Positions 50,101 to 59,100 of a stretch of 64,000 nucleotides of DNA are shown in pieces. Origin of the DNA: an uncultured virus (IMG/VR IMGVR_UViG_3300035511_000224). Taxonomy: Duplodnaviria > Heunggongvirae > Uroviricota > Caudoviricetes. Where the stretch lies: IMG/VR virus record IMGVR_UViG_3300035511_000224. The stretch is one strand, 5' to 3'. How positions within the stretch are numbered: position 1 is the stretch's first letter; each line of letters opens with the position of its first letter. The position numbers were made by a program, and so were the translations under genes. The notes under the pieces are model-generated. The model was not told the origin of the DNA, did not search any database, and saw only the letters and a program-made list of their open reading frames with translations.

Positions 50101-53100
50101 CTATCGCTGCGATATTGGCATCTATACGAGCCTTCTCACCTTTGGGCGCATAATCAACACCACGCTCAGCATGGTTGTTGTGCGTGTTCTTCGGCTCCGT
50201 TACGCCTCGCTCGCTCTGATGTAGTCCAGATACTCCTGTGCTTCGTTTGGTGTCAGACACAGGATGCTCTCCACTACGTTCAGCCACTCCTCCTCGGTCA
50301 GTTCGCTCATTTTCATGTGCTGCGCTCTCTCCCAACGATTCATCAGATCGCGGTTGCTGTCTCCCTCGCCCGGTTGTTTCGGTGCTAGGTCGTACGTCAG
50401 TTTTCTCATTGTCGTTATCTTTTTGAGTGTTATTTACTTTATTTTTCGGCTCAACCTTGGATGGCTCTTCTTCTTTTGTCTCTGCAAAAAGAGGTCCAAA
50501 CAAGTCACCAATAGTTTGATTTTGCGTCTCTATCTTCTTAATTCTGCTCCAATCAGCTTTTTCTTTTATCCAATTAGTTCCAAATGAATTAAGGATAGGA
50601 CTTCCATCTTCGTCGAAGTCAACAATCTGCTGTTTCTCCCACTTGCCATTGCCAACTCTGTCCCACATGACATAGTCACCACGTTTGAAGCCGTTGTGTG
50701 TCTCATTCTCTTTAGATACACGCGCTGCCATCTTTACTAAGTCCTCACCAGGGTTAGGTTTCAATGGGGTAGCAGGTTTCACTTTCTCTTCCGGAAGGAG
50801 GTGTCTTATAGCTCTACGCACATCGGCAATCAGTGCATCATAGGTAACATCTGATGTTATATCATGGTTACCGGTGAGGTATCTGTTTTCTCCTCTTCCT
50901 TCCGGATCTTCTGCCCTGAAATATCCTCCTTTGAACACCAAATCGTCTGACGGTCTGTCGGCTCTACCATTGGTAATCCACTTAGAGTTAGGTTCCATGA
51001 ATAGCACCATGCTAAGTTCTTTGCCATTGCCAAGTGGAAGTGTGATTGTCACTTCTCCACCAGCCGGAGCAATATTGCTATGAGCTATCTTGCTACCAAA
51101 GCCATAGCGTCTATCGGCTTTTACCTTGTCTTTGGCATCAATAGCAAGTCCGAGGTCTTTGGCCAACTGTGTCGCAAGCTGATGCGCATCCTGCGTTGCT
51201 TTACGCTCTGCATTGCGCATATAACCAAACATCTCGTTGTAGTCCTTATCAACCTCGTCTGCCTCGTAATATCCGAGCAGGGCAAGCTGTTTGTTTACTT
51301 CCTCTATTTCTTTGTTGATGCTTTGATCGAGTCGCTCGGCATCTTCCTCAGTTGTTGCATTTTCGAGTTTACTTTCGACTTGACTTGCAGTAGTCTCTGC
51401 TTGGTTGACAACAGCTTCTGTATCTGCTGATGTTTTGTCAGCCTCTTTTCTTCTTTGCTCATTACGTTCTTCTTTAATGGTTTCTATTAATTTGTCTGTC
51501 TGTTGTTGAGAAGCATTCTCATCGACTATCTGTTGTGCAGTTCCGATGATGTCCTTGGCTCCTTGCTTATCAAAGTTATAAACGTCGAAAGCCTTAACGG
51601 TCTTTCTGTCGTCCATCTCTTCGTCCCATCCGAGGTCCATTACCTCCTCCATGTTCTGTGTGGCGGCATATAACGGTTTCAGGTGCGGTCTGATGGCTTC
51701 GCCTAACTCATCAACCATTGCTTCTGCATAGTCCGAGAAGGAACGCAGTCCACCCTTCATCATAAGGTATGTCATTCGGGTACCCATACGAAGAACTTCT
51801 GCATCCATCTCTTTAGGCTGCTGTTTACCGTAGCTCACTTCATCTTCTTTGGCGATGTTTGGGATTCCGCCAAGGTGTGAACGCAGACTATTTCGAAGTG
51901 TGTCAAACTCTTCGGCATCCTTGTCGCTAATCCATTTGCGTCTCTTCGGCTTCGTCTCCTCTGCTTGCGGTTGAGGCTTCGGCGCTTGCGGCTTCTCTTC
52001 AACTGGTGTGGCATGGTCGCTAAGCTTGGTGCTTCCCTTCGTGTATAGGGCATTGAATAATCCTTCAACATCTACCTTCTTGACTGTCGGCTCTTCCTCC
52101 TGCTGTTTCTCACTCATATCAGCCATTGAAAGCGGTGCCTGGTCGGCAACCTCGTCCTCGCTTTTACCCATGATGGCATCGGCAAACGCCTGTGCGTCCT
52201 CACGTGTTTTAAATAAGAATCCTTTCTTACCGAAGTTGGACCAATAGCCTCCATGCTCCTTAGCAATAGCTTTCTGACCTTTGAACTCTTCACGGCTCAC
52301 TCGATCCTCAAACTTCACTGCAAAGATGTCCGAGTTATCGCGTGTGTCCTTACGAGGTTCTATGGTGTAGCCTTCGGGTTCTTTTCCCGTTGGGTGCTCG
52401 TCTGTGATTTTGTCAACCTTGGCATAGTCGGCAAAAGGTTTGGTCTTTCGGTGGCTGCTGTCCACCCACTTCTTAAACTCGTCCATGTTCACTTCTGAGA
52501 TACGAAGTCCCGGATGTGTGTCTGCCCAATTAGCATCATAGTTGGCAAGGTACGCCTCCATAGCTGCGTCCTTGTCATTGAAGCCAAGCATAACCTTGTG
52601 CTCGTCGAAGGTGCCGTCACTGTTTGTTTGGTCAACGACGAATGCTTTCTTGCCGTCCCATGACTTGATGTCGTTGGCAAGGAACACATCTATATGGTCG
52701 CCATCCACGCCCTCAGTGCCACGGAAATATCCATAGCTATTCTTCATGGGTGTCTCCCACTGTTTCCCGTTAGAATCAGTGCCACGGCGTACACTGCCTT
52801 GTGTGTTCTCGATGGTAACGTCGAATGGACCAACCTTCACATGGCCCTTCTTATAGTTTCCTGCCTCCTTCTGTGCTTCGGTCGGGTTGTTGTTAACCTG
52901 CTGCTCCGCTTCGGCAATCTTGTCGGCTGTTTCCTCGAGTGGTGACTTCACCTCTCTAGCGCTGCTCTTATCGAACACAATGACCTCGTTAGGCAGTGCT
53001 ACTGCCTCGCGCATGTCTTTGCTTGCGTAGTTGATGATGCCGTCATATCCTTGTTCCTTCAACTTCTCCGTGAAAGCTGCTGCCTCTTCAGGAGTCATGT

Positions 53101-56100
53101 TGGCCACACCTACAGTGTAGTAAGGCTTCTTCAATGTGATGTTTGCCTCAAATACCTTGCCCTCTGTATGTCCGTCACTCGCGTAGTCCTCGGCAACAGA
53201 GCGGTTTGGTGTGAATGATATACCATCACCATTGAATCGTGCAGGAGCTTCTTCGCCGTCACGATGGTGCCCTGGCTCGAGGTCGCTCAATGAATTGACA
53301 TCATCATTTGGTGTACCATGATACAACGTGAGTGTCGTTCCATTAGCGTCAACGATGTTACCATCCTTGTCAACGTTCGTAGGAGTCTGGTCTACATCTT
53401 CTGTCAACTGCTTAATGTTGTCTGCATGCGTTGAACTTTTTTCGTTCTCTGCTTGTTTTTCTGTTGACAAAGTATTAACTTTGCCTTCAGAAGAAACATC
53501 ATCGCCACGAGATTCAAGGCTTATTGCGGATGCAGATTCGTCTGCATGACTGATGGAGGAAGTGCCGCCCTCCGACGATGAACTTTTATGCCGTATGTCA
53601 TCTATCTTGGCATACGGCTCTTTCTTTTGGTTGAATGTAGATTTGTGAAGAATGATTTTACCATTTTCCTCAACTTGGGTAAGTTCAGCAAAATAACGAC
53701 CAATCTTCTTAATAAACACAACGGTTCTCTTCCCATCTACAAACGTTTCTTTGATTGCATCCGGGCTGTCAAGAACAGTTTGAATATTAAGATATTTGCT
53801 TACATCTACATCTTCTACATCAATCTGCATTCCTTCTTGAGCATGATTGCGTAGGGCATGGTCAATGAAATAACCCTTCCCACAGTATATACGTGGGTCG
53901 GAGATATTTGGATCGACGTATGAAAGATATTGTGCAGGTATATATGCTATCGGTTCCGGCTCGTTGCCAAATTCTTCAAAGATTTCTGTACGAGTCTTGC
54001 CAATACCCTTGGTGAGGTTTTCATCAGAGAGCCATTCTACAATACGAGACTGCATCTCTGTCCTTTCCTCACCGCTTACTTCCTGCGGTATAACTCTTTC
54101 ATGTTCGCTCTCATCTCCGCCTGTTGCGCTATCTCTTGCAGTTCTTCCTCTACGCTCGGTCGGTTCTGTTCCGCCCTCAGCTTGTTCTCCACCTTTATAT
54201 GGTTCATTGCTTCCAGGTTCCCCTTCTGTGCTTCCTGTATTACTGAGAGCCACATCAGGACCTCCATTCTTGTCATTGTTGTTTCCATTCTTAGCCGGTT
54301 TATAATCAAAATTAAATACTTTCTTTATTGCCTCCGCAAGAGGGTACAGCGTAGTATCAGCCTCACTAAATAGTGATGCTGCGACTTTGCCCTGTGCATA
54401 ATCAAACATCCGGTTGAAATATGAAGCGATGGTTGTCTGCGACATATCACCTGCTTTATACAACCCTGCGAGATGCAAAGCAAAGTTACTAAAATTATCA
54501 GAAGGTCTGACTTGTTCAGAACGATCATCAAACATTAATTGCCTTTTGTAGTCCTCAATTGCACGAGATGCCTGTTCTAGATTCTTCGCATTCTTAAATG
54601 CTTCGTCACGTTCCAGCTCATTATAAGCCACGATAGATGCTTGTATCTCCGGCAAGGCCTTTCCTGCAAAAGGAGAATCCATGTCGCGGAATGCCGTTGA
54701 CAGAATTGCACGTTGAGCCTTGGCAGGAAGTTTGTCAAACAGCTCCTCTAACTGCGGTGTAGCACCTTTAAATACTGCTTGATACAAAACCTTCTGCAAA
54801 TCATTCTTAGCCTCTGGCGTGATGGCGCCCTTGCTGTTGAATGCCGACTGGTATTGTGTATTACTGATGGCTCCAACTTGATTCATCCATTTCAGAACAT
54901 CGGCACCGTTACTGTCAACGAGTTGGCCGAACGACGCATCTTCATCAGCTGAGCGGAGCAACATATTGGCATACTTGCGCATATCGTCGCCCAACTTCTG
55001 TGCTACGTTCTTCGGCTTGATACGTTCTACGCCACCGCTTTCAGTGTCATTGGCGGTCATCTGACCTAAGCGAATAGCCTCGTTATCGTCCACATCAAGC
55101 ATATTTACGAGGACTGGCTGCTGCTTACTGTTAACGGTTTCTGCATCAATGCCAAGTTGCTCTGCATTGTCGAGAAGGTATTGCTTGTATGCCGCTTGCT
55201 GTTCTGGTAGACTGTTCTCCCACAAGTAACGCAAAGCGTCCGTGCGGTTATTGCCTTGTACCACCTCACCACGAGTGTTAACTGTCGGTGCGCCGGTGTA
55301 AGCGGTTGTGCTACCTGTAATCTCTTCTGGTCTGATGTTCTCGGCAATTTGTTGTGCTGCGAGTGTTGACACGGCCTCTGAGCGGTTCTTTGGCTGTGCC
55401 TCATCAATAAAGTACATCGGGTTGCGCTTACCTTGAATGTGTGAAGGTTGCAGCTGCGATGCCTCAATCACTGCCACACGTCCGTGCGGTATATCTTCCT
55501 GTGAGAACTTGACATTAACCTCTTTGCCAAGCGCTGCATCAGCGATAGGCTCTTGGCGAACGAACAGTTGACCTTGGAACCGTCGCGCACCTCTAGCACG
55601 TGCGTTCTCAGGAGTATCTCTATGCCATTCGGGAATACCTTCAAGTGCTTCACGCTCTTTGCGCTCAGCCTCCTCTTGTGCAGCCTTTGCCTCGCGTTCC
55701 TGTTCGGCTCTCTCTGCTGCAAGTCGTTTTTCTTCGGCTTCTTGCTTACTGCGGATGGCATCTTGCTCACGACGTATCGCATCCTGTCTAGCCTGTTCAA
55801 CACCGGCAATCTTCTGCCACTGTTCAAGCTCCTGCTGAGCCTTGGCGAGTTCTGCGGCATTCTGTCTCTTAGATTGGAGTATCTCGGTTGGAGTCTTGCC
55901 CTTCGATTTGAGTTTCTGCGCTTTCTCGAAAACTTTGCGCTTCTCCTCAACCATAGTGTCGGCAATCTCCTTGGCTGTGTCCTTGTCTCCCTCGCTGAAC
56001 TCGATAAGACCATCCCACGCGACCTCGGGAGTCTCGGCTTGCTCAAAGATAGGTTCACCATTTTCATCACGAGGAATACTTTGAAGCGGTGTCTGCTCTT

Positions 56101-59100
56101 CGGCAGGTACTGCAGGTTGCTGTTCATTTTCTACGGATTGTGAACTCGAAGGTGCGTTTTCTGTTCGCAAATTGCCGTTTTCTGTAATGTTTGGGCCATT
56201 TTCCGTACCAAATTCACCGTTTTGCGTAATATTTGGAGCATTTTCCGTGATATTTTCATTAGTTTCCGTATTTGCGACTTCGGCACCTGACTCCTGTTGT
56301 CTGCGCTGTTGCTCATACTGTAAAGCTGCGACATATCCACTGCCGGCATCAGTCATTTGCTCAGCTTCATTGTTGATGCTTTCCAACTCGGCATTTAGTT
56401 CTTCGTCAGTCATCTTCTCAGCAGACTGCATGCCAGCTGTATATCCTTTCTGGTATTCGTTCGGATCTGCACCCTCAGTAGTCGTTGGCGCCTGAGTGGG
56501 TGTTTCCTCTTGCTGTTTTGTATCTGGTTTGAAGTCTGTAACCATACTATCAAGCTCTTGCTCAGACGCATAGTGCAAGTGACTGAGGTCTCCTTCTACA
56601 TAATACTCATACTTGCCAATCTCGTTGGGAGATAAGCCAAGTTCATCGTAATTATCCTCGGTAACAGTCGTTCCGGTAAGCCATCCTTTAGACTGTGAAC
56701 CATCGCTGTTTTGTATAGAGATTCGTCCTGCACCATACTTCGGCTGTTCTGTAGCTTCCGGTTGCTCGTCAGCTGCTGCTTCGGGTGTAGGTGTAGCCTC
56801 TGTAGTAGCCTCTTCTGCCTTGTAAGGCTCGTAAGACAGAATGTCTTTAGGAGCAACCATCTCCACCTTGCCGGTATTGATGTCACGTATTACAATAGTA
56901 TTGTCGCTCTTCGCGTGATCAACCATTTTACCATCATCGGTCATAACGACATTTCCGCTAAGCACCTCAACCTGTCGGTCCTGGAACTGCATAACGGCTC
57001 GTCCTATCGGCTTCTGTTCCCCGTTAGGTTCATGAGGTTCTCCATTGATGTCACCCTCTGGCTGTGGATCTGGGCCATTGATTGGGCCTTCGGTCGGCTC
57101 ACCACTGTCGGTCAAAAGCTTTTGGTCTTTCAGAAGCTTTTGGTCTGTGACGTCAGTTGCGTCAGCATCTTCAACTGTGCGCTCTTTGGCCTTGTTAGGG
57201 ATAAGCTCGTTGATATATTCTTGAATGGCGCTGTTCTCAGCCTCTGTGCGTCTCCGCTCGTCCTTTCGAATTGCTTTGTCGATGTCAACACCATACTTGT
57301 CATTTATGCGGCCACGCATCTCGTCAGTTATAGTGGTTTCATCATAGTCACCTATAGCCTCGACAACCTTGCGAAGTATGTTCTGCTGTGCCTCGCTAAG
57401 TTGGTCGTTCTTGTCAGCACCTTTAAGATGATTGCGACGTGCCTCTTCGCAAGTGCGGTACACTTGCACCATGTCCCAACCATTCTCTTCGGCAACCTTG
57501 CGACAAGCGTCTTGCAATCGGTTCTCAAAGTAAACAATATTCTGCTGATATTGCTCACCTTTTTCTATCTGGTTGATTTCAGCTTGTCGTTTGATGCGTT
57601 CCAACTCGAGGTCAGCTGCTTTGCGGTCTTTAAAGCTTCGCGAGGTGATAACACCATTTGCTCCTTGCGATTCCACAATGAAGCCTCCGTCACCATCTTC
57701 AATCATCTCTCCACGCATAATTGTAGATGGAGGAAGCTGTTTACCTGTAGCATAGTAGTACATCTTTGCACGTGCTGCTTCACTAACACGATTGTCTTCT
57801 AACATGTCAGTTAAACGGCTTACAATCTTCGGCGCATCTTTTGTGATAAGACTTCCATCAGATGGATTACCTTGTCTCTCGGCGCTCTCTACAAGGCTGC
57901 GGAGGTCTCCATAACCATTGCGTTCCAGTTCGGCCTTCTCGTCCTTTGTCAGTGCCATACCACCGTCTGATGGTGCATCCATGCGCATACGCAGACGGCT
58001 CTCGAAGTCGAGACGATTCTTTGTGCCATTAGTCGGACTCTCGAGCGACTTCTTAAGGTCTCCAAGTACACTTCCTGCTGATTTAATCATGCCCTTAGCC
58101 TTGAAACCTACCATCATGGCCATATTGTCCGTCCATACGTCCATTGCGTCTTGGTCTCCGTTCAACCATTCCGGAACGGAGAAGATGGTACCTTCCAATA
58201 CAGTAGAACCGGTAAACACACTTGCACGTGTGGCAACCTTTCCGACAGTGCTCGACGTGCCTCGTACAAGTTTGTCAGATACATTACCAGACACAGGAGA
58301 CAGCCAACCGATGGCCGCGCCCATCATGCTACCATGAAGAAGTTGTTTTCCAACGGCTCCTGCCGAATATCCTTCATTCATATATCGTCCGCTCTGGTCT
58401 TGGCCCACGATGTGACCTCCATGAGCGAATTGTGTTTCAGCCTCCTTGATACCTTCCATAGCACCGAAGTTGGCTGCGCCACCTACAACACCACTGACGA
58501 TACGACCGGTTAATGTAGTCGCGAACTGGCGTGCAGCGGCGTTTGTTAATGCAGCCGTAGCTCCACGGCCTACAAGATAGCGTCCACCTGCCCACATCGC
58601 GCCCTTTGCGGCAGCACTACCTATACCTCCGGAAATCCATGTGGTTGGATCGAGAGCAAAACCACCCACGGTACCCACAACACCAAGTACCTTGTGTCCG
58701 TCTTGGCGATATTCTTCATTGGCGGCTTCGTATGCTGCCATATCACCGGTTTTACCGGAAGCGGCCAAAACTTCAAATCCTTTGGTGATATTGTTCACCA
58801 TGTTACCATCTGAAATTTTACGTGCAAGGTATTCAAGCTCATTCTTAGGACGGTTCTTCTCGACGGCAAGATCGTACAAGCGCTTATCGGACTGTTGTCG
58901 TGCCATCTCTTCTGCTTTCGTATAAAGAAGGAGGTCATCCTCACCTGGATAACGGTAACGCAGCATCTGATGACAATCGTCGATGAGTGATTGTTGGCCT
59001 TTCTCTCCGAGATTATTCCATGAATCTTCCATTAAGCGGTCAAGATCAAAATTGGTGAGTCTCGCTACATCCATTTGATATTTCAATCCTGTAGCCATCG

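Noticed and set aside
50412..50426. Late-box-like sequence (TCAAAAAGATAACGA on minus) inside the giant gene
   Set aside because: No TAnnTTTG 21 nt downstream, so it was not counted as a late promoter
55105..57802. Other long alternative-frame or antisense ORFs in the giant gene (e.g. 55468-56127, 56711-57802)
   Set aside because: Their composition is the expected shadow of the main frame (R/K/S/L-rich or L/F/V-rich), unlike the three overprint candidates
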